A stretch of DNA of 64,000 nucleotides. It comes from Gemmatimonadota bacterium. Its GTDB lineage: Bacteria > Gemmatimonadota > Gemmatimonadetes > Gemmatimonadales > GWC2-71-9. Below are positions 46,551 through 55,556 of the stretch, one piece after another. Numbering within the stretch: the stretch's first letter is position 1; each line of letters starts with the position of its first letter. Both the position numbers and the translations under genes were made by a program. The notes beneath the pieces are model-generated. The model did no database searches and had not been told where the DNA came from. It saw only the letters and a program-made list of their open reading frames with translations. Location of the stretch: assembly GCA_003222155.1 (NCBI GenBank), contig QHUU01000054.1, positions 65,612-129,611 on the forward strand, read 5' to 3'.

Positions 46551-47779
46551 TGCTCGACGCCGCCCGGCTGCGCGCCGATTTTCCGCTGTTGCGCCAACGG
46601 GAGCACGGCCACCCGCTGGTGTACCTGGACAACGCCGCGACCACCCAGAAGCCCGAGGCGGTGCTCACGGCCATCGCGGACTACTACCGGACCACCAACG
46701 CCAACGTGCACCGCGGGGCGTACGGCCTGGCGATCCGCGCCACCGAGGCGTACGAGGCGGCGCGCGCGAAGCTGGCGGGGTTCGTCAACGCCTGGGCGAC
46801 CGAGGGTGTGGTGTTCACGCGCGGCACCACCGAGGCGATCAACCTGGTGGCGGGCGCCTACGGCCGTGCCCATGTCCGCGCGGGCGACACCGTGGTCGTC
46901 ACCGCCATGGACCACCATTCGAACCTCGTCCCATGGCAGATCCTGTGTCAGGAAAAGGGCGCCACGCTGCGCATGGTGGAGATCAGCGAGGACGGGCGGG
47001 TCGACCTGTCCGACTATGGGCGCGCGCTCGAGCGGCGACCGAAGATCGTCGCGTTCCCGTACGTCTCGAACGCGCTCGGCACGGTGAACCCCGCCGCACA
47101 GCTCGCGCGGCTGGCGCACGCGGTGGGTGCGGTCGTCGTCGTCGACGGGGCACAGTCGACGCCGCACCTGCGGGTCGACGTGCAGGCGCTGGACTGCGAC
47201 TTCTACGCCCTCTCGGGTCACAAGATGCTCGGGCCCATGGGCTCGGGAGCGCTGGTGGCGAAGCCCGAGCTGCTCGACGCCATGCCGCCGTACCACGGCG
47301 GGGGAGAAATGATCTCGCGCGTGTGGGACGACCACTCGACCTACAACAAGATTCCCCACAAGTTCGAGGCCGGGACTCCGAACGTGGAGGGGGCGGTGGG
47401 GCTGGCGGCGGCGGTCGCGTACCTGGAGGGAGTGGGCCCCGAGCGGATCGCGGAGCACGAGCAGGCGCTCGCGGCCGCGGCGATCGACAGGCTCACGCAG
47501 ATCGAGGGCGTGACGGTGTACGGCCCGCGGGATCACCGTGCGGGCGTCGTCTCGTTCACGTACGGCGACATCCACCCCCACGACATCGCGACCATCCTCG
47601 ACCAGGACGGCATCTGCATCCGCGCCGGGCACCACTGCGCCCAGCCGCTGATGCGACGACTCAACGTCCCCGCCACGGCGCGCGCCTCGTTCTATCTCTA
47701 CAACGGATTGGACGAGGTCGACGCCCTCGCCGGCGCGCTCGTCAAGGCGGGAGCCCTGTTTGGATACGTCCCCGCCTGA
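46550..47779 (+). CDS. sufS: Cysteine desulfurase SufS
   Basis: LDNAATTQKP, PLP-lysine SGHKMLGPMG, catalytic RAGHHCAQP. Confidence 0.95.
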   Translation: MLDAARLRADFPLLRQREHGHPLVYLDNAATTQKPEAVLTAIADYYRTTNANVHRGAYGLAIRATEAYEAARAKLAGFVNAWATEGVVFTRGTTEAINLVAGAYGRAHVRAGDTVVVTAMDHHSNLVPWQILCQEKGATLRMVEISEDGRVDLSDYGRALERRPKIVAFPYVSNALGTVNPAAQLARLAHAVGAVVVVDGAQSTPHLRVDVQALDCDFYALSGHKMLGPMGSGALVAKPELLDAMPPYHGGGEMISRVWDDHSTYNKIPHKFEAGTPNVEGAVGLAAAVAYLEGVGPERIAEHEQALAAAAIDRLTQIEGVTVYGPRDHRAGVVSFTYGDIHPHDIATILDQDGICIRAGHHCAQPLMRRLNVPATARASFYLYNGLDEVDALAGALVKAGALFGYVPA

Positions 47780-48203
47780 TCCGCAGCTCAGCGCCCTCTA
47801 CCAAGAGCTGATCCTCGATCACTACCGGCGCCCGCGCAACAAGGGCACGCTGGACCACGCCACGCACTCGGTGTCGCTCAACAACCCGCTGTGCGGCGAC
47901 GAGATCGATCTGCAGCTGCGCGTGGACGGCGACGTCATCCGGGAGGCGCGTTTCATCGGCGGGGGCTGCTCGATCAGCCAGGCGGCCGCGTCGATGATGA
48001 CGCAGCTCCTCAAGGACAGGTCGATCCCTCAAGCCCTGGCGCTGGCCGACCGGATGAGCGCCATGATGCACGGCGACGAGGCCGCCGCGCGCGACAAGGC
48101 GCTGGGCGAGCTGCGCGCGCTCGCCGGCGTCGCCAAGTTTCCGGTCCGCATCAAGTGCGCCCTCCTCCCCTGGAATGCATTGACGGACGCGCTGAAGGCG
48201 TGA
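47760..48203 (+). CDS. sufU: SufU/IscU-like sulfur acceptor
   Basis: ILDHYRRPRN, NPLCGDEI, GGGCSISQA. The TTG start overlaps sufS by 20 nt and is uncertain. Confidence 0.82.
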   Translation: MDTSPPDPQLSALYQELILDHYRRPRNKGTLDHATHSVSLNNPLCGDEIDLQLRVDGDVIREARFIGGGCSISQAAASMMTQLLKDRSIPQALALADRMSAMMHGDEAAARDKALGELRALAGVAKFPVRIKCALLPWNALTDALKA

Positions 48204-48227
48204 CGAGGCTACATTAGCCTCGCACCC

Positions 48228-49202
48228 ATGATGTCCCCTGCCCCCGCCCCTTCCCCGACCCCGATCCTGGTGCTCGACCGCGTCCGCAAAACGTTCGCGG
48301 GCCACATCGCGGTCGACGATCTGTCGCTCGCCGTGCCCCCGGGGGTGATCTACGGGCTGCTCGGTCCCAACGGGGCCGGCAAGACGACCACCATCCGCAT
48401 GATCATGGACATCCTCCAGCCCGATGCGGGTTCGGTGCGCCTGTTCGGCGCGCCGGCCGGAGACCGGATGTACGCCGAGCGGATCGGCTACCTCCCCGAG
48501 GAGCGCGGCCTGTACCGCAAGATGCGCGTGCTCGACGTGCTGGTGTTCCTCGGCGAGATGAGGGGGATGGAGCGGCGGCGCGCGCGCCAACGCGCCGGCG
48601 AATGGCTCGAGCGGCTCGGCCTGGCGCAGTGGCGCCTGCGTCGCATCGACGAGCTGTCGAAGGGGATGCAGCAGAAGGTGCAGTTCATCTCCACCATCCT
48701 GCACGAGCCCGCGCTCGTGGTACTGGACGAGGCGTTCGCCGGCCTCGATCCGGTCAACGCCCAGGTGATGAAGGACACGGTCCTCGAACTGCGCGCTCGC
48801 GGCGCCACCATCCTGTTCTCGACCCACATCATGGAACAGGCCGAAAAGCTGTGCGAGCACGTGTGTATCATCGCGCGCGGGCGGAAGCTGGTGGACGGCC
48901 CGCTGGGCGACATCAAGCGGACCCGCGGCGGACACCATCTCGTCGTCGGGTTCGATGGCAGCGTCGGGGCGGCGGCACAGGTCTTTGCCGACGCAGCGCT
49001 CGTGAAAAAGGTGGATGACTACGGTCAGTACGCCGAGGTCGAGCTCGCCCCCGGGGCCGACCCGCAGCGCGTGCTGCGCGACCTGGTCGGATCGGGGGCG
49101 AGGCTGGCGCGCTTCGAGCTGCGCGAGCCTTCGCTCCTGAAGATTTTCATCGACCTCGTAGGCCCGGAGGCGGCGCAGGCCGGCGTGCGACCCGATGCAT
49201 AA
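48228..49202 (+). CDS. ABC transporter ATP-binding protein (ABC-2 type)
   Basis: GPNGAGKTTT, LSKGMQQK, VVLDEAFAGLD. Confidence 0.92.
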   Translation: MMSPAPAPSPTPILVLDRVRKTFAGHIAVDDLSLAVPPGVIYGLLGPNGAGKTTTIRMIMDILQPDAGSVRLFGAPAGDRMYAERIGYLPEERGLYRKMRVLDVLVFLGEMRGMERRRARQRAGEWLERLGLAQWRLRRIDELSKGMQQKVQFISTILHEPALVVLDEAFAGLDPVNAQVMKDTVLELRARGATILFSTHIMEQAEKLCEHVCIIARGRKLVDGPLGDIKRTRGGHHLVVGFDGSVGAAAQVFADAALVKKVDDYGQYAEVELAPGADPQRVLRDLVGSGARLARFELREPSLLKIFIDLVGPEAAQAGVRPDA

Positions 49203-50448
49203 GATCTGGGCGATCGTTCGGCGCGAATTCGTGGAGCGGGTGCGGACCCGGTGGTTCTGGATCGGAGCGCTGCTCGGCCCCGTGCTGTTCGGTGCCGTCT
49301 TCTTCCTCTCCGGACAGCTGGGGCGCGGCGGCGGACTGAAGCGGATCGCGATCGTCGACGGCACGACGACACAGCTGGGTGCCCGCATCGCCGAGCAGCT
49401 CGGCCGGAGCGGGGACTGGGCGATCCGCGTGCCCGCGGCCATCGGCGTCGTGGACTCACTGACTGCCCAGGTTCGGGCCAAGCAGCTCGACGGCTTCTTG
49501 ATCGTCACCGACGCCGCGCTCGACTCCGGCAAAGTCGAGTACCGCGGGTCCAACGTCTTTGCAGGTAAAGGGGCCCTGCAGCGCCCCGTCGGCGAGGCCC
49601 TGACGGTGGTCCGCCTGCAGCGGGCCGGCGTGGATCCCCGGCTTGTGGCCCGCGCGAGCATCCCGCTGCGTCTCGAGACGTGCAAGATCTCGCGTGGCAC
49701 GACGTGCGGCGAGAGCGCGGCGCAGTCGTTCTCCCTCGCCTACTTCATGGGGATCATCCTCTACACGGCGATCCTCTTGTACGGCATCAACGTCATGAGC
49801 TCCGTGCTCGAGGAGAAGACGACCCGCATCGTGGAGGTGCTGGTATCGTCGCTGCGCCCCTTCCAGCTGCTGCTCGGCAAGGTGCTCGGGGTCGGGGCGG
49901 TGTCCATTTTCCAGTTCCTCATCTGGGGAGTGGCGGGCCGCCTGCTGCTGGCGCGCCGGGCGCCCCTCGCGGGGGGGGGCGATGCGGGAGGGGCGGGGGC
50001 GGACGAGCTGTTCCAGGTGCCACACGTGACGGGCGCGACGTTCGCGGTCTTCATGGCGTATTTCCTGGGTGGTTTCTTTCTGTACTCCGCCATGTTCGCG
50101 GCGGTCGGCGCCATGTCGTCCACCGAGCAGGAGGCGCGCCAGGCGCAGCAGCCGGTGGCGTGGATGCTCGTGCTGTCGTTCATCAGCATGTTCGCCATGC
50201 TGAACGACCCGGGCTCGACCGTGGCCGTGACGCTCTCGCTCATCCCGTTCAGCTCACCCGTCGCGATGCCGGTCCGGTGGGCCGCCGGCAGCCTGCCGGC
50301 GTCCGAGCTGGCGCTCTCGTTGGCGATCCTGGTGGCGACGATCGGGGGGGTGACATGGATCGCGGCGCGGATCTATCGGGTGGGGATTCTGATGACGGGG
50401 AAGCGGCCGAACCTGAAAGAACTGGTGCGCTGGATCCGAACGGCATGA
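49195..50448 (+). CDS. ABC-2 type transporter permease
   Basis: N-terminal TM, a large loop, then about 5 TM segments. Overlaps the ATPase gene by 8 nt. Confidence 0.82.
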   Translation: MHKIWAIVRREFVERVRTRWFWIGALLGPVLFGAVFFLSGQLGRGGGLKRIAIVDGTTTQLGARIAEQLGRSGDWAIRVPAAIGVVDSLTAQVRAKQLDGFLIVTDAALDSGKVEYRGSNVFAGKGALQRPVGEALTVVRLQRAGVDPRLVARASIPLRLETCKISRGTTCGESAAQSFSLAYFMGIILYTAILLYGINVMSSVLEEKTTRIVEVLVSSLRPFQLLLGKVLGVGAVSIFQFLIWGVAGRLLLARRAPLAGGGDAGGAGADELFQVPHVTGATFAVFMAYFLGGFFLYSAMFAAVGAMSSTEQEARQAQQPVAWMLVLSFISMFAMLNDPGSTVAVTLSLIPFSSPVAMPVRWAAGSLPASELALSLAILVATIGGVTWIAARIYRVGILMTGKRPNLKELVRWIRTA

Positions 50449-50458
50449 ACGACCAAGC

Positions 50459-50487
50459 AGACGCCGAGACGCCTAGACGCCCAGCGG
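50459..50487. repeat. Left arm of the 29-nt inverted repeat (AGACGCC-N tandem octamers plus CAGCGG)
   Basis: AGACGCCGAGACGCCTAGACGCCCAGCGG, starting 10 nt after the permease stop. Confidence 0.9.
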
Positions 50488-50576
50488 CGGTGAGCGTACA
50501 GCGAGAGGCATAGGAAAGCTTCGACCTGCGTGGTTTCGGTGCGGTACCTCCGCCTCAGGTTTCGTAGGTTGGCTCC

Positions 50577-50960
50577 GTGGCTCCCTACCGAACCCTCAAG
50601 GCCTGGCAACACGCCCAACGGCTCGCCGTCGAGTGCGCGAAAGCCGCGCTTCGATTCCCGGACTACGAGCAGAACAGTCTTGCGGATCAGCTCCGCAGAG
50701 CGGCGTACGGCGTCGTCCTGAACATCGCCGAGGGCAGCGCGCGGCGCGGAACGAGGGAGTACCGTCGTTTCCTTGACACGGCAAATGCGTCGCTCGCCGA
50801 GGTGGAAACCGCGCTCGGGCTCGCTCGAGAGCTCGGGTACCTCGAGCCGGCCGAGTTCGGACGGTTGGAAGCCGTCGCGACGGAGACGGGCAAGACGCTG
50901 TTCGGGCTGTTGCGGAAGATCAGCGCGAGCGCAGCGAAATCCCTCCCACCTGGTCGCTAG
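50577..50960 (+). CDS. Four-helix-bundle protein (23S rRNA intervening-sequence protein family; Avd-like fold)
   Basis: YRTLKAWQHAQRLAVE...QLRRAAYGVVLNIAEGSARRGTREYRRFLDTANASLAEVETAL matches the PF05635/TIGR02436 pattern. GTG start. Confidence 0.88.
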   Translation: MAPYRTLKAWQHAQRLAVECAKAALRFPDYEQNSLADQLRRAAYGVVLNIAEGSARRGTREYRRFLDTANASLAEVETALGLARELGYLEPAEFGRLEAVATETGKTLFGLLRKISASAAKSLPPGR

Positions 50961-50963
50961 AAC

Positions 50964-50992
50964 CCGCTGGGCGTCTGGGCGTCTAGGCGTCT
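50964..50992. repeat. Right arm of the 29-nt inverted repeat
   Basis: CCGCTGGGCGTCTGGGCGTCTAGGCGTCT. Its reverse complement matches the left arm at 27/29 positions. It starts 3 nt after the ORF stop and ends 11 nt before the mnmG ATG. Confidence 0.9.
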
Positions 50993-51003
50993 ATTATTGT
51001 CGC

Positions 51004-52872
51004 ATGTCCTTCGACTACGACGTGATCGTGGTGGGCGCCGGCCACGCCGGCTGCGAGGCTGCCGTCTTGTCCGCCCGCCTCGGCGCCAAGACGCTCCTCC
51101 TCACCTCCAACCTCGACACGATCGGCCAGATGTCCTGCAATCCCGCCATCGGCGGAATCGCCAAGGGCACCGTGGCGCGGGAGACCGACGCGCTTGGTGG
51201 CATCATGGGGCGGGCCACCGATCGTGCGACCATTCAGTTCCGGATGCTCAATCGCTCCAAGGGACCGGCCGTGTGGGCGCCGCGCGCCCAGTGCGATCGC
51301 ACGCTGTACCGCCGCGCCGTGCGCGCATTGCTCGAAGGCGTTCCGACGCTCGAGCTCGTGCAGGGGATGGTCAGCGGACTGCTGTTGGACGGCGCGCGGG
51401 CGTCCGGAGTGCGCACCGCCGACGGGCGCAGCATTCGCGCCCGCGCCGTGGTGCTGACGGCCGGGACCTTCCTGCGCGGACGCATTCACCTCGGCACCGA
51501 CACGCAGATCCCCGCTGGTCGAGCAGGCGATCAGCCCGCCGTTGCTATCGCGGAACACATTGAATCACTTGGACTTACAGCGTTGCGCTTCAAGACCGGG
51601 ACGCCGCCGCGCGTCGACGGCCGGAGCGTCGACTGGTCCAAGGTCGAGCGCCAAGACGGCGACGGGGACGAATACCGCTTCTCCTCTTACGAGCGCGCGG
51701 TGTTGCCGCGCCAGGTGCCGTGCTGGATCACGTGGGCGGGCGAGGAAGTGAAGGCGATCATCCGCGCTCACCTGGCGGAGTCGGCCTTGTACGGGGGCGC
51801 CATCAGCGGCCGCGGGCCGCGGTACTGCCCGTCGGTCGAGGACAAGATCGTCAAGTTCCCCGACGCCAAGCGGCACCAGGTGTTCCTGGAGCCCGAAGGT
51901 CTCGACACCCATGAGTTGTATGTGAACGGGTTGTCCACTTCCCTGCCCGTGCCGGTGCAGCTCGAGTTTCTCCGGGCCGTCCCGGGGCTCGAGCGGGCGC
52001 ACATGACCCGCCCGGGCTACGCCATCGAGTACGACTATTATCCGCCCACTCAGCTCACCCCCTGGCTCGAGACGAAGGCGGTGGAGCAGCTGTTTTTCGC
52101 CGGGCAGATCAATGGTACGACTGGGTACGAGGAGGCCGCCGGCCAGGGTGTGGTGGCGGGAATCAATGCTGTGCGTCGGCTGCGCGGGCAGGAGCCGGTG
52201 CTGTTCGCGCGTGACACCGCGTACATCGGCGTACTGGTCGACGATCTGGTGACTCGAGGCGTCGACGAGCCGTACCGGCTGTTCACCTCCCGCTCCGAGT
52301 TCCGGCTGCTGCTGCGGCAGGACAACGCGCTGCGCCGGCTCGCACCCCTGGCGGAGCGGCTCGGTCTCTTGACCGCGGCGGAGCTGCGCACCGCGGAACG
52401 GCGGCGGGCGGAAGAAGACGGCGTGGTCGCCGCCGCCCGCGCCACGACGATCGCGCCGGCGGCGGCTGCTCCCGTGCTCCTCCCCACGGGGACGACGCTG
52501 GCGGAGCCCGAGCGAGTGGCGAGCGTCGCGCGCCGGCCGGGTGCGTCGCTGCGCGCGCTGCTCGCAGCGGCGGGCGTGACGGTGACGGCGGACGCGGACG
52601 CCGTCGCCAGCGCCGAGATCGAGCTCAAGTACGACGGCTATCTCGCGCGTGAGAGGGAAGCAGCGGCGCGGCTGGCCGAGCTCGCCGCATTCGCGCTGCC
52701 TCTGGAGCTTCCTTATCTCGAGCTCAAGAGTCTGGCGACCGAGGCGCGACAGAAGCTCGATCGGATCCGCCCGACGTCGCTGGCGCAGGCAGCGCGCATC
52801 CCCGGCGTCTCGCCCAGCGACCTGCACAATCTCGTGGTCGAGACGGCGCGCTGGCGCCGGCGCGTGGCCTAG
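51004..52872 (+). CDS. mnmG: tRNA uridine-5-carboxymethylaminomethyl synthesis enzyme MnmG (GidA)
   Basis: YDVIVVGAGHAGCEAA, GQMSCNPAIGGIAKG, full-length similarity. Confidence 0.97.
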   Translation: MSFDYDVIVVGAGHAGCEAAVLSARLGAKTLLLTSNLDTIGQMSCNPAIGGIAKGTVARETDALGGIMGRATDRATIQFRMLNRSKGPAVWAPRAQCDRTLYRRAVRALLEGVPTLELVQGMVSGLLLDGARASGVRTADGRSIRARAVVLTAGTFLRGRIHLGTDTQIPAGRAGDQPAVAIAEHIESLGLTALRFKTGTPPRVDGRSVDWSKVERQDGDGDEYRFSSYERAVLPRQVPCWITWAGEEVKAIIRAHLAESALYGGAISGRGPRYCPSVEDKIVKFPDAKRHQVFLEPEGLDTHELYVNGLSTSLPVPVQLEFLRAVPGLERAHMTRPGYAIEYDYYPPTQLTPWLETKAVEQLFFAGQINGTTGYEEAAGQGVVAGINAVRRLRGQEPVLFARDTAYIGVLVDDLVTRGVDEPYRLFTSRSEFRLLLRQDNALRRLAPLAERLGLLTAAELRTAERRRAEEDGVVAAARATTIAPAAAAPVLLPTGTTLAEPERVASVARRPGASLRALLAAAGVTVTADADAVASAEIELKYDGYLAREREAAARLAELAAFALPLELPYLELKSLATEARQKLDRIRPTSLAQAARIPGVSPSDLHNLVVETARWRRRVA

Positions 52873-52890
52873 TCCAAGCGCCGTCGCGCT

Positions 52891-52906
52891 TGTTTCACGT
52901 GAAACG
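52891..52906. promoter_or_regulatory. parS centromere-like site 1
   Basis: TGTTTCACGTGAAACG against the consensus TGTTNCACGTGAAACA (15/16). Confidence 0.85.
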
Positions 52907-52913
52907 TGGCATC

Positions 52914-52929
52914 GGTTTCACGTGAAACT
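52914..52929. promoter_or_regulatory. parS centromere-like site 2
   Basis: GGTTTCACGTGAAACT (14/16 to the parS consensus), 7 nt after site 1. Confidence 0.8.
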
Positions 52930-53019
52930 CGGCCTTTACGCCACTCCGTCAGCCCCCTATATTGGGGCCATTCCAGCGATCTAGCAATGTAAAACATTTA
53001 TTTTCAACATGTTATAGAG

Positions 53020-53868
53020 ATGTCACGCGTCATCGCGATCGCCAATCAAAAGGGCGGCGTTGGAAAAACAACCACCGCCGTAAATCTCGCCGCCTCGCTT
53101 GCGACCGCGGAGCGGAAGACCCTCCTGGTCGACGCCGATCCGCAGGCCAACTCGACCAGCGGTGTTGGCATCGAGCGGGACCGTATCAGACACTCGTTGT
53201 ACGACGCGCTGCTCGACGGCCGGGCGCTCGCCGACGCGCGCTTCACGCACGTCCATTTCCCGTACCTCGACGTCGTGGCGGCGACCCAGGACCTGGTCGG
53301 TGCCGAGATCGAGCTGGTCAACAAGCAGGGCCGGGAGACCGTGATGCGCCGCGCCCTGCGCGACCTGCGCGAGCAGTACCAGTTTGTGATCATCGACTGT
53401 CCGCCGTCGCTCGGGCTCCTGACGCTCAACATGCTCACGGCGGCCGACAGCGTGCTCATCCCGATCCAGTGCGAATACTATGCGCTCGAGGGTCTGTCGC
53501 AGCTCCTCAATACCATCAAGCTGGTGCAACGAAACTTCAACGCCGCCCTGGCGATCGACGGGGCGCTCTTGACCATGTACGACGCCCGGCTCAACCTCTC
53601 CAAGCAGGTCGCGGACGAAGCGAAGGAGTACTTCGGGTCCCAGATGTTCGGGATCACCATTCCCCGCAACGTGCGTCTGGCCGAGGCCCCGAGCTTCGGA
53701 AAACCCATCCTCTTGTATGACGTGCAGTCGGTGGGCGCCAAGAGCTACCTGGCGGTGGCGCAGGAGCTCATCCGGCGCGTCGAACGCGGCGGGTTGGCGG
53801 CCGCGTCCGCCTCCTCCGCCTCTCCTGCCCCGCCCGCTGCCGAACCGCAGCCGGAGGTGACCGCATGA
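53020..53868 (+). CDS. parA: Chromosome partitioning ATPase ParA/Soj
   Basis: Deviant Walker A KGGVGKTTTAVNLA. IIDCPPSLG. Confidence 0.95.
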   Translation: MSRVIAIANQKGGVGKTTTAVNLAASLATAERKTLLVDADPQANSTSGVGIERDRIRHSLYDALLDGRALADARFTHVHFPYLDVVAATQDLVGAEIELVNKQGRETVMRRALRDLREQYQFVIIDCPPSLGLLTLNMLTAADSVLIPIQCEYYALEGLSQLLNTIKLVQRNFNAALAIDGALLTMYDARLNLSKQVADEAKEYFGSQMFGITIPRNVRLAEAPSFGKPILLYDVQSVGAKSYLAVAQELIRRVERGGLAAASASSASPAPPAAEPQPEVTA

Positions 53869-54758
53869 CGGAAACCATCACGAGTCGCCGTCGTCTCGGC
53901 CGAGGCCTCGAAGCCCTGCTGGGACCCACGCGCGAGGAGGCGGAGCGCGAGGGCAGTCTCGTCGAGCTGGCCATCGCCGACATCCGCCCCAACCCCTACC
54001 AACCGCGCCGTGACGTCGACCCCGCGGCGCTCGAAGAGCTCCAGGCCTCCATCCGGAAGGCCGGTCTGCTGCAGCCCGTCGTGGTGCGCCCCGTCCCCGG
54101 CGTCGACGGCGGGTTCGAGCTGATCGCCGGTGAGCGGCGGTTGCGCGCCTGCCAGGCGCTCGGGTGGGAGAAGATTCCCGCCGTGAAGCGCGAGGTGGAC
54201 GACCGCACCGTGCTGACGCTCGCGTTGGTGGAGAACCTCCAGCGCGACGACCTCTCTCCCGTGGACGAAGCGCGCGGTTACGAACGACTCATCGCCGAGT
54301 TCAGCCTGACGCAGCAGGACGTGGCGGACGCGGTGGGACGCGACCGCTCGACCGTCGCCAATGCCCTCCGCCTCCTCAAGCTCCCGGCGGCGGTGCTCGC
54401 CCTGCTGCACGACGGCGGCTTATCGGTCGGTCACGCCCGCGCGCTGCTCGCGCTCGACGACGCGCGCCTCGCGACGTCCCTCGCGAAGGAAGCGGTGGAC
54501 GCCGGGCTGTCGGTGCGGGACGTCGAGGACCGGGTGCGCGGCGGGCGGGCGCCGGTCAGACGCCCTCGATTGAAAAAAGGGCAGGGCCAGGCGCCCGAGG
54601 TGCGTCGCATCGAAGACGCGCTGCGGCGCCGGCTCGGCACCGACGTCCGGGTGACGCTCCGCGCCAAGGGCAAAGGCCAGCTGCACGTCCACTTCTACTC
54701 CAACGACGATCTCGCGCGCCTGCTCGAGCTGATTCTGGGTGCGCCGTTCGACGGATGA
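53865..54758 (+). CDS. parB: Chromosome partitioning protein ParB/Spo0J
   Basis: LGRGLEALL, GERRLRA, ENLQRDDLSPVDEA, HTH. ATGA overlap with parA. Confidence 0.95.
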   Translation: MTETITSRRRLGRGLEALLGPTREEAEREGSLVELAIADIRPNPYQPRRDVDPAALEELQASIRKAGLLQPVVVRPVPGVDGGFELIAGERRLRACQALGWEKIPAVKREVDDRTVLTLALVENLQRDDLSPVDEARGYERLIAEFSLTQQDVADAVGRDRSTVANALRLLKLPAAVLALLHDGGLSVGHARALLALDDARLATSLAKEAVDAGLSVRDVEDRVRGGRAPVRRPRLKKGQGQAPEVRRIEDALRRRLGTDVRVTLRAKGKGQLHVHFYSNDDLARLLELILGAPFDG

Positions 54759-55555
54759 GGCACAAGGATCGCCGCGTCACCGTTGTCGTCCATACCGACG
54801 GGGAGCTCGCCTCCCGTCAGTACCGCCTGCCCCTCTGGGCCTTCGAGGCGGGAAAGTGGAGCGCGCTGGTGATCGGATTGCTGATCGTGTTGTTCTTCGC
54901 GTTCGCGGGGCCGATCGGTCGCGCGGCGGCCCGCGTGCCCGGGCTGGAGCGGGAAATCGCGCGCCTCGAAGCAGAGAACAGCCGCGTGCAACAGCTCGCC
55001 GCGGCCCTGAACCGCGCCGAGTCGAATTACCAGGAGCTGCGCTCCATGCTCGGCGTGAAGGCGCCCCCCGACAAGGGCGTCGTCGTCCTCCGCCTCGACC
55101 TGATGCGCAGCACCGCGGTGCGGGCGCGACCGCCCTCGGCGCCGCTGCGCTACGAGAGCGGGACGTCGGAGCCGACGCACTGGCCGCTCGACATCCCGGG
55201 CTTCCTCACTCGGGGCCAGGTGCGGCCGGGCGATCCCGCCGAGTCTCACCCCGGCATCGACATCGCCGTGCCCCCCGGCACCCCGGTGCGCGCGGCGGGC
55301 GGCGGCGTCGTCGAGGCGGCGGGCACCGACCCCGCCTACGGGCAGTTCGTCCTCTTGCGGCACGCGGCGGGCTATGAAACGATGTACGGTCACGCCTCAC
55401 GCATCCTGGTGCGCGAGGGCGATTCGGCGCAGGCGGGACAGGTCATCGCGCTGTCCGGCAACTCGGGACGATCCACGGCGCCGCACCTCCACTTCGAAAT
55501 TCGCCGCGAGGGGAAATCACTCGACCCCCTCACGGTCGTCAAACAGGAGAATTGA
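54755..55555 (+). CDS. Membrane-anchored M23 (LytM-type) metallopeptidase
   Basis: TM segment, coiled-coil, HPGIDIA, GNSGRSTAPHLHFEI. ATGA overlap with parB. Confidence 0.88.
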   Translation: MRHKDRRVTVVVHTDGELASRQYRLPLWAFEAGKWSALVIGLLIVLFFAFAGPIGRAAARVPGLEREIARLEAENSRVQQLAAALNRAESNYQELRSMLGVKAPPDKGVVVLRLDLMRSTAVRARPPSAPLRYESGTSEPTHWPLDIPGFLTRGQVRPGDPAESHPGIDIAVPPGTPVRAAGGGVVEAAGTDPAYGQFVLLRHAAGYETMYGHASRILVREGDSAQAGQVIALSGNSGRSTAPHLHFEIRREGKSLDPLTVVKQEN

Positions 55556-55556
55556 C

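Noticed and set aside
48204-48227. 7-bp hairpin CGAGGCT-ACATT-AGCCTCG between sufU and the ABC ATPase gene
   Set aside because: The stem is short and has no U-tract. It cannot be distinguished from chance, and it was not called as a terminator.
49961-50000. G-run cluster (GGGGGGGGG...GGGAGGGGCGGGGGCGG) inside the permease gene as a G-quadruplex
   Set aside because: It encodes a Gly-rich loop (AGGGDAGGAGA). Unlike the heptamer tracts it has no periodic repeat structure, and such runs are expected in GC-rich coding DNA.
50577-50960. Diversity-generating retroelement, because the four-helix-bundle protein is Avd-like
   Set aside because: No reverse transcriptase ORF and no template/variable repeat pair are visible anywhere in the window.
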